Below the pieces are notes generated by a model. That model had not been told where the DNA came from, did not search any database, and saw only the letters and a program-made list of their open reading frames with translations. From NCBI GenBank assembly GCA_048013815.1, contig CM106586.1:21700001-21764000 (forward strand): DNA of 64,000 nt. The letters are read 5' to 3'. The stretch comes from Setoptus koraiensis. Taxonomy: Eukaryota; Animalia; Arthropoda. The position numbers and the translations under genes were made by a program. Of the stretch, positions 39,051 to 51,876 are shown piece after piece. Each line of letters begins with the position of its first letter. Positions within the stretch are counted from its first letter, which is position 1.

Positions 39051-40621
39051 TCGAAATCTTCGGTCGGCGTACGGGCTGCTCGCTGATCTCTCGCCGAGCG
39101 CCCTTCGTGCATAAAAAAAAGCAAAATAAAAGTATCGACAAGCAGATGCCATCGCAAGGGACGGGACGCAACTCGTGTCATCGGCCAGCTATCGCCACCG
39201 ACGGCCAGCGCTCCATTGATTGATCTGAGTCTGGGATCCGTCATGAGAGTTTTGCAAAAGAAAACTCTTATTCGAACGCGCGCAACTTTGCTCGCAAGTG
39301 GGCGCTCTCACTCGCCACTAGATCAGCTCGCATAATGGGCGCAATCGATGCAACACCTAATATCGGAATTAGTTACCTGAGTCGCCAACATATGGCGACA
39401 ACTTGAACTGTTAGCACGACGAAATGACGGCCACGCGTTGATGGGCGCGATTGCATAACGCGCAAGCAGAAGCCAAATGCAAGGGGCGAAAAATTCAATT
39501 TTGCGAAAGGGACTTTGGCTCATCGAAGTGCCGAAATGGCGCTAGAAATGGGCCCACAGAATGCAGTGGCCGGCCAATAGGGCGCTCAGTGGAGGGTTTT
39601 GTGTGCATAGTGCGAGCACAAGAGCACAAAATCGCACAATCGGAATTTGCATCACGCAACACCCGATTAACCCAACAATATGTCGGCTTATCGCTGGCGT
39701 TGTTGTGATTACGTCAGCCTGCAGTTGGGTTTTGGGCGCAATGAGGCAAGAGTTTTGTGCAAAATTCGAACCGATTCCAACGGTGGTCCCAACAGCAGCT
39801 TTTGGGCTTTGGTTCGGACGAATTGTGGATTGTCGACTGGCGACTGTCAATTGCCGACAAGAGAAAACTGCAACGAGACGGTTACGCAACACGCTTACCC
39901 GTTACAACGGTTCGTGCCGAGCAACAGTTGGCTGGGGCCCGAAACACTTTTTCTTTTGCTGCTGCCTCTGGCCGCGCTGGCGACCCCGGCGCAACTGCTG
40001 GCCAGTGCAACCGCTCGCTAGTGCCACCGCTGGCGACAGTTGAAAGAAAGTTGAGCAAACGGTTGCGCAACTGTTGCTGCCGGGGCCACAACAGAACGCA
40101 CAGCCAAAAATAACGGCCACTTCTGCACGTACTGCGCACGTGTTGGGCAGCGTTGCACAACGCGTGCGGCGCTGTACCGTTAATTTACGACGAACGGCAT
40201 CAATTGACGTGCCAACGACCTTTCTCGCTCTTTGTGTTGTTTTGGCCATCTGAAACGAACGCACGCTTGTGTGTTCGTTTCGGCGTGTCAGCGTTTATTT
40301 GATCAGATCACATTCGGCCAGGTGAGCCGGTTGTGAATGGATTGCGATGGTGCGCGTTGGCAGCACAACGCGACAGTGTGCCCCTGCCAGGGTTTAATAT
40401 TCAAAATTTAACTGTCCGCTAGTTGTCACAATGGCGCTGTGATACACAAAATCATACAGAAAAGTGCTGGCTGCAAATAGCAGCGCACTCTTTGAAACCT
40501 TTCTCTTTCTCCCCGTTTCTGGCGTGTCCGTGCACGGAGTTCTCAACTGGCCTCTGCAGGATAATGCTCGTTGTTTGCCGGCTGCTGGCAGATTTAGAGT
40601 TTCGCCGCTGAACTTTTTGCC

Positions 40622-40635
40622 GGCCGCTAGGTGGC
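40622..40635 (+). promoter_or_regulatory. CTCF-like motif next to a (CT)n tract
   Basis: GGCCGCTAGGTGGC; the same 12-mer GCCGCTAGGTGG occurs at 6433-6444. Confidence 0.4.
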
Positions 40636-40702
40636 TTTCAAGAGTGGCAAGGGTCAGCCAGCTTGACTTTGCCTGATTAATGGGTCCCTGCGCGTGGGCG
40701 AA

Positions 40703-40728
40703 CTCTCTCTCTCTCTCTCTCTCTCTCT
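40703..40728. repeat. (CT)13 microsatellite (GAGA tract)
   Basis: Read directly from the sequence. Confidence 0.95.
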
Positions 40729-41784
40729 TGCTGCGGTGGTCACTTTCGCTGCTGGCACCAACTGGTGGCATCAACTGGTGGCATCAACTGGCGGCATCAA
40801 CTGGTGGCCCCGCAAAGAACTGCTGTCGCGTTGGTTGGCCCAACGGACGCGCGAAAGTGAAAGTTGTTCGCCTGCCCGTCGGTCATCCGGTCAAGCGACC
40901 GGTGAATGACGGGTGCGCACAAACAAACACAATGGGCGACATTCACAGGAAACAACTCTTTGTTTGGCCACAACAAACAATCGGTTGGTTACGAGCGTCG
41001 CCGCCCGACAGGCTGACCCAGGTTTATCCGTTGGCGCTGCGTTCGCCCATTCACAACTCAGCTTCTCGCCATGGCAAAATATCCCATCGGATTCTGGCTA
41101 TTTTTACCAGCGAGCTCCGGCTGATTCGAACAGGCGCGCCAGCAGCGACAATGACAGCAACAACAACACCACCACAATGACAACAACAACAACATCACAG
41201 CAACAACAACACGACAACAGACTATAAATAATTTGCGACGGCGTGCTCGCCGTAACGGCAAACAAGCAACGTGTATCTGGCGTGCTTATCCGCTACTGGT
41301 GGCGCTTCGTGTTTCTCGATTACGACAAGCCCTACGATCTGCTGATTCCATCTGAATTTTATCTAGATTCCATCTGTATTATATCTGGATTCTATCTGTA
41401 TTATATCTGCGCTCTAGCTGCGTTCGCTCGCATTGATATTATCAATTTGATAAACGCGGCTCCATATCCATTTTCGATTTTAGGCCCATTTCAACAGTGC
41501 TGACTCCAACGGTGACTCGGACAATCTTGATGCCAACTAATCTTGATTCGTGCATCTGGCAACTGGCATGACTTTGGTGTGTTGGTTAAATACATGAATA
41601 CGTGATAACATGAACGCAGCGCTCATCGAATAGGACAGTTCGGACAAGAAGTAGCGAAAAGAAAAAATATTATACCGGTATATAATATATACATACACGT
41701 ATTGTATTCATACGTGAATATTGGCCAATGTTCTTATTTGTTGGTTTGGGGCGCGTTGGCGCCCACAATTGCAGCAGCGTGCAC

Positions 41785-42219
41785 ATGGCCAGAAAGCCAT
41801 CGGGCAAGACGGTGACGCTGACTCTGGTCATTGTTTACCTATTGGTGGTGTCTCAATTTGTGGACGCGATTTGCGGCCGAAGACGGCGTCGCAGAAACAA
41901 CAACAACAACCGCTTCAACAACAACAACAACAACAACCCCAACAACAACAACAACAACCCCAACAACAACCCCAACAACAACCCCAACAACAACAACAAC
42001 AGCAATAACAGCAATCCCGGCTTCAACAACAACAACAACAACGGCCTGCCCCAGGACGAGTTACGCAACAACAACGCAGTGGCGGCGCAACAGGCGGCAG
42101 GCAATACGGCGGTGGCCATCGTGGGTCAGGTGATGGCCGGCGTTCAAGGTCTGGGTCAGATAATTGCCTCGACGGTGGCTCAGCCGCTGGCGAGCGCCAT
42201 TGGCTCGGCCGGCCGCTAA
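41785..42219 (+). CDS. Orphan small secreted protein, 144 aa: signal peptide, ICG-R6, Asn/Pro repeat, Ala/Gly/Gln-rich amphipathic C-terminus
   Basis: MARKPSGKTVTLTLVIVYLLVVSQFVDA has n/h/c regions and a V-D-A cleavage site. The non-repetitive 3' half has GC-rich, coding-like codons. TTGCAG acceptor-like site just upstream (~41773) and several AATAAA downstream (~42325-42367). Confidence 0.75.
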   Translation: MARKPSGKTVTLTLVIVYLLVVSQFVDAICGRRRRRRNNNNNRFNNNNNNNPNNNNNNPNNNPNNNPNNNNNSNNSNPGFNNNNNNGLPQDELRNNNAVAAQQAAGNTAVAIVGQVMAGVQGLGQIIASTVAQPLASAIGSAGR

Positions 42220-45200
42220 TTAATTGATAACTTTTCACGCCATTGTTGCTCTGTTTTGTGGCGCTCGGCGAATCGCTTCTTTCTGCGCGAATTGCCTCTT
42301 CGCGCGCGAATGCCGGATAAAATGAAATAAAACGAAATAAAACGAAATAAAACGAAACGAAATAAACAGCGGCGATGACCTGTGCCAAAACAGTGTGTAT
42401 CGGTGTGCTGATCATTATCGGCCATTATATGCATATTCATTGTTCGCTCTCTCTGATTCACTGTTCGTTGCCGGCCAACCTGTCGAACGCTGTCGGCCGC
42501 TTGTTTGTGGCCACAAACAACAATTAATCACCTCTCGCCGATGCTGATTATCAAAAGTAAATAGAGACAGAATAAATAAGACGCAAGCTCGTCTCGTATC
42601 TATAACACATGATACATATATAACCAGCGCATGTTGCATCTATACGCATTTTGGTCAGTGGCCGACGAGGTGTGATAATGATCTCACGTCAGTGACTGGT
42701 CATCACGACAATGGCTCTCGAATGGGTGCTATTCACAGCGCTATTCACCGCTGACAAGCTCACCACAACAAGTAGAAACAACAGCCAACAAACAAACAAA
42801 CAAATTTGCACAGTGGTTAACAAGTCACGAGAGCCACATACAAACAAATATGAAAATAAAGTTGTTATTTGTTTCACCAGTACGCATTTGTTGTCGAGAG
42901 TGCGAGCACGAAAGAATCAATTGATTCATCGCAAGTCGCCAATCGCCCGAATCGCCCGAATCGCCCGAATCGCCAAGCGCCGCTGCTGCGCCAACGAGCA
43001 ATATCCGCCTAATGAATAATGATTATAATTTCATGCCATGATATTACTGCTAATCATCGCACACAACAAGCGATATGCCGACAAAAGTCGCCGAATGGCG
43101 ACTTGTTCGCTGCCAGTTCGATTCGAAGCGTTCGCGGCCTTGTGAGTGTTCGCCGCGTTGTGACTCACAACTTGTGAGCGTTCGCGGCGGCGATCGGCCG
43201 AACCGCAACGCCGCACATTTTGATCCGCACATAACTTGTGTGATCGCATAACCTGTGCGAAAGTTAAGAATGAATTGCGTGCCAAGACGATCAATTATTG
43301 CGCAATGTATCGGCTTCTTTTTGTGTTGTCGCCATGTTTGAGTTGTTGTTTGGTTGGCGTATGTTGTGCGTTGTTTGCATTGGCTCGCAGCTCGAATTGA
43401 GTGAGCGGGCCCAACGAACAAGCACAATAGAGTGGAATAGCGGCCAATTATCCGACAGCTCCGGCCTTTGTGCTGGAAACGGCCACTCGGAGCCATCGCA
43501 AGTTCCAATGAAACTTGCGCTGTTTGCGTTTGCGGCCAAATTGGCTGGCACGACACTGTCGACAGTAGCCGCTTAGACGTTGTTTGGTTGTTGGTTAATG
43601 GTTGTTGGTTGTTCGGTTGTTTGGTTATTTGCATTTGAATGGGGCCGCTAATTTGACGCTCATTCCGACGCGTTGTTTATGGACCAATCCAGAGAGTGCC
43701 GGTTTGGTGCACAGTGTCGACCGCTAGACGGCCTCGCGCTGGTCAGCGCTCACTACTGACGCTGCCACGTTGCAAACGCCAGTTATGCCGGCACTGGCAG
43801 CGCTCAGGTGAGTGGTCAACGAGTTCTTGGTGGCCTACGTGTATAAATAGTATAAATAATACTATAAATAGTTGCGAATAAAGCGCGCTCGTCACTCACT
43901 TGAATTGTCGCCGCTGCGGGCCCCATGATGCGCCGCCGCGGCAAACGGCAATTGTTATAACTGTGCCCTCTATCGTTGCAACTGGCATATTGTTCCCACT
44001 TGGATATTGTTCTGGCTGGGATATTGTTCTGGCCACCATCATTGGATATTGGGTTGGCTGGGGGGTCGCGACCTGCCACGCACTATTGTATAATTATGCT
44101 CGCCTGTCTCAATGGAGCTCAACGGCTGTATCTGTATCTCATTGGAATCATTGGAAATGCGAAACGCGAGAGGTATCGCTCGCGAAGAACGCACACACAA
44201 TTAATTTTGAGTTCTTTGCGACTGGATGTTCTTTTGTGTGTGCCTCATCGGGCTTCTTTGCTTCTTTCAGCGCGCTTGCGCGTGTTGTGTTTGCGCGCGT
44301 GTTGAGCTTGCGCGTGTTGTGCCTGTGCCATACCGATGTTGTTGTCAATGTTGCCGGTGACCACCATCGGCGCTGCCGCCTGTTGAATGCTGGCCACTCC
44401 AAGTGACCTGGGTGATTACAAGTAATTTACATGCGGCCACCACTTGAGCCACTTTGGCCGCATTGAGCACTGAGCATTGAGCATTGGAAAGTGTGAACAT
44501 GTCGCATTAGTTGAGCGCTTGTGGTCCGACAAACGCATTGTCGCGACTCGCGATGGCCGGCGATTGTTCGAGCCGAGGCGCACCATTGCGAGCAGCGCTA
44601 TTGTGCCAACAGCGACAGTTCGCATTCGAAAGATGGACACGCTTATTTGGCGGCAGCAAGCCGCGAAAGAATGACGAAAGAATTCGAATTGGGGGCAGCG
44701 CGATCGGCGAAAAATCGCCAATGCGCCGCGCTCGCTGGCGAATAAATTGACGCGAACCGATTGACACACGATGCAACCGGCGCGATGGTTGCGGCCCAGC
44801 GTGAGCCAATATTAATACATCGATATATTAATACATCAATATATTAATGCATCGGATCTGGTTCATTTGCGAGGTTCGCCAGTGCGCCAGTTGACCACGA
44901 GCTGCCCGTGGGGCCCAAAGGCGAATATACGCGCGAGTGAGACACATAAATGAAACTTGTTGCTGCTTGTGTCGCAGCTCGCGGCTAAATGTCTCTGTTT
45001 CATTGGCTCTCATTCACGCAAACCACTTAACTCTATAATGGGCAAACTGTATTGGCGACTTCAGAGACTGTGAACTTCAGAGTCCGAAGTTCAGAGTCCG
45101 CAGTTCACAGTGCGAAGGCTGAATAGAGAGCGACCACTTAAGCATCATTATCGGCTTGACGGCTGAGCGAAGCAATTCAATGATTTCGAACAGCATTATC

Positions 45201-46564
45201 GACCATAACTCTTGCTCTTTTTCTCTCTGGCTGGCATGCTGCTGGCTGCGCCGACCACCATAATGCCACGCTCGCATGATTGATCGATCCTGCATCGATT
45301 GATACAAATAATAATAAATAGAGATAAATATCCAGCATTGATAATTGGCGATCCGTTGCGAGACGAAACAACACAATTCTTTGCGCTCTCGACACTGTCG
45401 GGTCGACACCGGCAACAGCGCCGCATTTGGTGCAGAGCGGTCGCGAATTGAATGAGAATTTCTCCCATTTTTCTCCCATTCTCAGCCCAGTTTCGCGGCC
45501 TTTTTCGCTGCTCTCACTGTGCTGAATCATTGCCGAAAAATGAGCGAAATCCTGGCCGATAACAGAAAACAGAGAATAGAAATGCAACGATGCAAAATGG
45601 AGCCCGACGGCCCAAAATAGAGCTGTAAACACTCGATGATGATTGGCAGTGGCGGACGCACCGCCCAGAGGTCGGTGTTGCCGTTAATCAGCACTGTCAC
45701 TGTCCGACAATCGCGAGCCCGTCCGACGTTTTGTCCGTTTATCCGCCCATGGTAATGAATTGTGCGTTGTCCGAATGGTCATTGTTGATTTGTGCAGTCA
45801 TTGTTGATATTTCTACAGTCGTTGTTGATATTCTGCAACATGTCAGTCGGCTGGCACCGGCGGACACGATGCGAGCAAATTGGGCATTGCGCCGCTCCAT
45901 TGTTGACCGTCCGCTTGCGATCGCCAACTTGAACTAACAAACAAGTCAAATTATCAAACTCAATTCTCTGGCCAACAATCGCGCTCTGGCCACCTCTGGC
46001 CAGCCACAGAGAACAGGTAAAGCGACAGGGGAACAGGTAGAGCGAGGCGAGCTTTGTGCTGGCGCAAGTGCATGCATAATTGGCACACGGACCAGCGATT
46101 TCGGCCTTTCGGCCTTTATCGATTCGGCACTTCAATTATCACGATTATTCCGATGCCAGTTGCCGCTCGCTAATGCCGCAATATCGGCTCGACTCGCAAC
46201 GCATCGACTCGCAAGGTGAGCGCCAGTTACGTAACAACCGGCAACAGCCAAATGGCCAAACTGCAGCAGCTACAGACTCAACAAAACTGAAACAATTGCT
46301 ATGTGCTGTTTGTTGCAGTTTGCTGGCCACTCGTTAATGAGTGCCATTGATTTTAATAGATTCGCCGGCCCGCTTCCTTGGGCGATCTTGTCGGGCCGGC
46401 GCGCAACAAGTTGCGATAATGCGAGCAACAATAGACTGCAGTCGTGACTCGTCCCGCCGCCCGCGCCCGTCAACTGGACGGGGCAGCGGTTCCGAGGGGC
46501 GCAACGCAACGGCAAACTTTGCCCAAGTTGCCGCTCCGACTCACATACAAAACTGGCTCGGGCC

Positions 46565-46619
46565 GGCCAGTTGGAGGCCAGTTGGAGGCCAGTTGGAGGC
46601 CAGTTGGAGGCCAGTTGGA
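46565..46619. repeat. 11-bp tandem repeat GGCCAGTTGGA x5, perfect
   Basis: Read directly from the sequence. Confidence 0.95.
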
Positions 46620-47449
46620 GGCCGGCGGCGAATGACATTCCGACGATCGGTCATCGATATCGGCACAAATAATAATCATTAATTTAGATGGATGACACAT
46701 ATCGACACCGATTGTCAGTGGACTGTTACTGTGCCAACTGGGCATGCTGGCTGGCGCTCAATGAAGCGCCAACAAATATACTAATTATCAATGCAACTGA
46801 TATACTGGCTATACTAATTAGACGTTGTCAGTAATATTAAATTTAAATAATTTAAATAACGCTCATGAGCTGCGTTTGAATAATTCAACAAACGCTGTGG
46901 CAACTCTTTTCCGTCAGGATTCACTTCACTGATATCTGTTAATCGCTCATTGTGATACACTAATGATACAATTATGGTGGCCGCTTGTTGTTGCTCGGCC
47001 ATCGATGGAGGCGCCTTCGTTAATGGGCCACCAGCAACAATAACTGGCCATCGCTAATTAAGTTGACTGGCCATCACTGGTCAAGCTGACTGGCGATCAC
47101 TAATCAAGTTGAGTGGCCATCGATCGACTCCAATCATCAACCCCTTGATGATTGATAAATGGACAGTAGTGCAGTGTGCAAGTGATCGTGGTTCCGTTTG
47201 TCTGTTCCAATTGAATGAAACAAACAACAATAAACAAACAAACAAACAAACAAACTAATTAGTAAATGCTGACTTGCATACTTGACCCAGTAAATGAACT
47301 CGATCGAGCCACTAGTAACTGTTGGCCGATAAGTATTAGTTATGGTATCGATGGCCCACACACAAAGTCGGCGCCAACGGCACATTGCGGCAGACAATTT
47401 AACAGATAATTTACAATTTACAACTCAACTGGTTTAAATCAACTGGTCA

Positions 47450-47464
47450 GCACCCTCTAGTGGC
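47450..47464 (-). promoter_or_regulatory. CTCF-like motif
   Basis: Minus strand GCCACTAGAGGGTGC; a second core TAGAGGGCGCC lies at ~47709-47720. Confidence 0.35.
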
Positions 47465-50317
47465 GGGCGCCTGGACTATGGTGCTGACCAACTGGCAACT
47501 GCACAACAGGCAACTACACAACTGGCAACTACACAACTGGCAGTGGCACAACAAGCAACAACTAAAGAGCAACAACAGCATGTAACAGCAACAACCGGTG
47601 ATGATAATCGTGATCTACCTGTGTGATCCTCATGTGATCGTCTACACCTACATGCCAATCATTTTCATACTAAACTGCTGATCAATCATGGACAGGAAAT
47701 GCATGTTGTGGCGCCCTCTACAGCGGGCCGTCATTTGCCTCACCTTTGTTTGTGCACTTGTTTTGTTGTTTGTTACAACATAGCAAACGATTAAATGATG
47801 ACGAAACAACAAACAAGCAGCGGCAGCCTATATTGTTGTTGCGGTTGTTGTTGTTGCTGTTGTTGTTGTATTAATTTGCCACAATTCAGTCGCCATTTAA
47901 CAACAAACTGACAAAGTTTGTCAGTTTGTTGTCGGTTGGTCGGTCGCAAGTTGTTACCCGTAACAAGTGGTAGTTTGTGTGTGGCAAGCCGATACAATGA
48001 GACGATACATGACAGAGTACGATTGTTGTGGGTTACATAATGAGAGCGTGAGAATATTCTTTTTGTTGCCCCGTTTCGAAGCCACAGGCCACTAAATTAA
48101 CAAGCTGTTGCAGCACTGGCGCAACAACAGCAACTTGGCGCACGGTCGGCGGTTATTGACTAATTGATTGCGCTCAATTAATTGTTTGCATTAATGTTGT
48201 TGCTGTTGTTGTTGCTGCTGTTTTTGTTGTGGTTGCATGGTTGCTGTTGCGGCAACTGTTATGCAACAGGCTGATTAATCAAGCGCGCAATTGTTACATG
48301 TCTCAATTTGTGTGTTTATATATTGCATATTGTATGCGCAGTCGGTTGGTTAGATCACGACAACATGATATCATGCTGCTGTTGCCACACTCGGTTGGCC
48401 ACATGAACATAATAGAGAGACAATAACAAAATAGTGACTCAATTATTATGTAACAACAGTATTGTGTCCAGCTCATGTCCTACCGCGCAACAAGTGAATG
48501 GCGCCGACAATGGCGCTGGCATGATGATGATGATGTAATGATGCCGGCAAATGATGTTACACCAACATTAATTACTTTAGTCAGCTGGTGATATTAGCAG
48601 TGGTGGTCATCTCGCCAGTGTCCACATGAAACTGTTTGCCACTAAGCTAACGCTTACTTATGCATCAACTTACTTACGTATTATGTATAAAACGTATGCA
48701 ACGTATGCAGACCACCGTGTCTAGCACAATTAATTATTGCATAATACACAATAATACATGATAATGTTTATTATGCATTATGTGATGAGACACACAACAA
48801 ACAAGCGGCCAGCGATGAATAAATGAATTCTGTATTGCGCACGAGTCACAGCCGCAATCAAGGTTTGCACAGCGCCCCCAAGCGACCAGGTGAGAGTGTC
48901 AGAGGAGTAGAATCACTAGAGTTCAGCATTGCTCAACAAAATGGCTGGTTGCTGTTGTTTTATAGTTGCCAGAGTTTGCATTTCGACACACACACACACA
49001 CACGTACACTCACCGACTGGTGCGTTAGGTAGTGAATGTAGTTGGCGTAAAGTAAGTTTGTGTAGTAATATCAGCTGAGCACTCAACTAGAGACATCGAA
49101 TTGCTTGCATTAGCGAGCGTTGCCTGCGCGTTGCAAGTTCGAACGAGTTCGCAGCAGTTCTAAATTCGAATTGCGAGCGTCCCGACGTTTCGTACATGTT
49201 CGAAAGTCCAATTCGAACTGCAACTCAAACTCGAATTCGAACTCGAACTCGAATTTGTATTCGAATCTCAAATTGCCAACATAGACGCAGCTGCCTGTTT
49301 GGTGTTGCCATTCTATCTATCATTATCATTATTCATCATTGGCCATTCGCTGCTCTGTTGTGCTCGCTGTCCGTGGCCCTTCTGTGCCCTTTCTCAGCCT
49401 GGCTCCCCCGCGCCAGTGGCCCGACGAGCCTCAATTGTCGTTATATCATTTGTGCTTGTTAGTGCGCTTGTTGGTCCGGTGCCCATTGCGAGAATTGCAA
49501 CTAAAACTCAAATTAAAATGGGTTTTTGCCCGGCAAAAGCGCCTCAAGTTGCTGCAACCAGTGACATTCGACAGTTGCCCCGAGTGAGCGCCGAGCACAG
49601 TTCACAGTTGAGTGTGTCTGTGTCATTGACTCCCGGCCGGGCGACAAACCGCTGTTTGTTTTGATCCGAAACACACGGCCCTGTTGCGCCCCAAAGCGGG
49701 CCGGCCCAGCTCGGTCGGGCCGGCGAACGGGCGCCGGTGGCACGAACGGGTGTGTCGCCTTCGTTGTTGTTCGGGTGTGGCGAGCACGCGCTGGGCACGC
49801 GTTGGGCGTCAGCCCAAATAGTGTGCGTTAGCTATTGTGTTGGCTGTGTTGCAACAGAACGTGCCGATGGGCCCAATGGAGCAACAATTGTTTGCCGGCA
49901 ACCCTGTTGTGTGGCGCTGCAACTCGCCCACACTGTCGACGTAAGCACGCGTTGTGCGCGAATGGCGATAATTATTGTTATCGCTGCCTATCTGCGCATC
50001 TCGGGCTCGTTCTCTGGCCCGTTCTTCGGCCCGTTCTCTGGCCCGTTGCACGTCGTTCGGGCGGCCCCAGCGAGAGGGAACGCGCGCCAGCGACGCTGTG
50101 GAACGTGCCTGCGCAGAGACGCGCGCAAGCAAAACGCGTGCAGTAATTAGAGTGGTCAGTCAATATAGAGTCTTGCAAGTTTTGGCTGGCAATTTTGCCA
50201 ATTTGCACAGATTGTGGCGCTCATTGTTGATTGTGTCGATGCCGGCACAATCAGTTATAACTTCTAACTTATAAGTTATAAACGAAGCTTATAAGCAGAG
50301 TTGTAATCAGCATTTAG

Positions 50318-51161
50318 CACGTGAATGGCGCGCGCCACAATGACGTGACCAGCGTACTCCCACAATTAATTGCGAGTTTATGAATCGAAGCTCTGGCTTC
50401 TTCTTCTTCTCTCACCTGTGGCTTGTGCGTGTGTGTTGGTTGTTGGTTGCTTGTAAGCTGTTGGCATTTAATGGATTGAGCAGTGACGTGTGCGCAATTC
50501 GGACGGTGACGCTGGCCGGGCCGCGATTCGCAGCGAACACACAAGGAACAATTAAACGGCCAAGCCAACAGCAAAATCATGCCGTCAGCTGTTGTGGCCA
50601 CCAGCCAGTGGGCCAACCAACCGACCACTCAAACAACGGGCGCCCATTGGCCCATCGGCCCACTGGGCCACTGGAGCAGCTGATATCATACAAATGAGCT
50701 TGGCCGGGCGACTGTGATTTTGCTCTCATTAATTGCTCGTCTGCCAATGACTCGGGCCCGCCAATTCGGACGGAACGTGCCGCGGCCGTTGCCGCTCATT
50801 GTTGTCAGCGCTTGAATGGATTATCGGCAACAGCTGACGGCTCGCAGTGTCCACTCTGAGCTCAAACTCTGAGCTTGAAAGAGGCGCAAAGGGGCGCCAA
50901 AGCAGGCGCCCGCGCGGATAAAAAAGAGAGCACAGGCAAGAGAATTGGAGCGCACAGTTAATTAAGCGAGCAAGTCAACTGCACTATAGGCCGGTTGCGC
51001 TGCTTGCCTTATAGCAGCAACGGCAGCACGGAAACTAGACAAACTGCACAGGTAAGCACACGGTTGTTGTTAGTTGTTGCTCAACAAGCGCTCAAAATTG
51101 CGCTGTTGTCAGTGCGGCGGCAATTGTGCGGCTCGGCCAGGCTCTGTCTTCCCCCCAGGTG
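50318..51161. promoter_or_regulatory. E-box cluster upstream of the second ASC gene
   Basis: CAGCTG at 50586, 50677 and 50831, CAGGTG at 51156, CACGTG at 50318. A strong CAG|GTAAGC donor at 51052 suggests a 5' UTR exon here. Confidence 0.4.
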
Positions 51162-51203
51162 AGCCGCTCAGCTACCTGGGAGGGGGGCGGGGGAAGACAG
51201 AGC
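51141..51203. repeat. Perfect 15-bp inverted repeat enclosing a second 7-bp stem
   Basis: GCTCTGTCTTCCCCC (51141-51155) pairs with GGGGGAAGACAGAGC (51189-51203); inner CCCAGGT/ACCTGGG. Confidence 0.9.
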
Positions 51204-51269
51204 GTAATTAGGCTAGCTGGGGAGTGAGTTGCGCCGATCGATAGTGCGAGAGAGCGAGTCTAGCAATGA

Positions 51270-51587
51270 ATGATTGAGCACAACGCAACAACTGCGCCAT
51301 TCATTGTTTTACACAACTACAACAACAACAACAACAACAACGACGACGACGACTACACTCAAACGACTTGTGAATTGGTAAAAAACAGCAACTATCAATG
51401 CCATGATACTGACAGCGAGCAGCCAGCAACAGCAGCCACCAACAACAAGCGAGAAGCAGCCAACAACGACAACAACAAACGAGAAGCAGCCAACAACGAC
51501 AAGCGAGAAGCAGCCAACAACAACAACAACAAGCGAGCAGCAGCAACTCGGCCTACACCTGATACACGGCGGATAAAGAGTGGATAA
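51270..51587 (+). CDS. Candidate upstream coding exon or uORF of the second ASC gene (105 codons, N/D/A-rich, KREAANN repeats)
   Basis: ATG-initiated, with low-complexity composition like the downstream exon. Phase-compatible joins exist (donor 51378 to acceptor 51843, or donor 51580 to acceptor 51790), but both donors are weak. Confidence 0.4.
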   Translation: MIEHNATTAPFIVLHNYNNNNNNNDDDDYTQTTCELVKNSNYQCHDTDSEQPATAATNNKREAANNDNNKREAANNDKREAANNNNNKRAAATRPTPDTRRIKSG

Positions 51588-51876
51588 ACAGCGCATACGC
51601 ATCGGATAGGCAGTGCGAAGGCGAGCGATCGGCTAACTGCGTCACACAACTGCGTCTGTTATAGGGCTAGCAAGCAAGCAAAACTATACTGTTCAACATT
51701 GAAAACGTCAGAAAACGTCGGGGGCCTCACGAGCTCGCTCGCAAACGATCAGCGCACAACTGATCGCATCGATTGGCCAGATTTGCACAGATTTTAGGTC
51801 ACAGCGAGATAAAACACACACACACAGACAGAGAGATTTGCAGATCGAGCGCCAAGCTCGCCCAACAAACGCCAAC

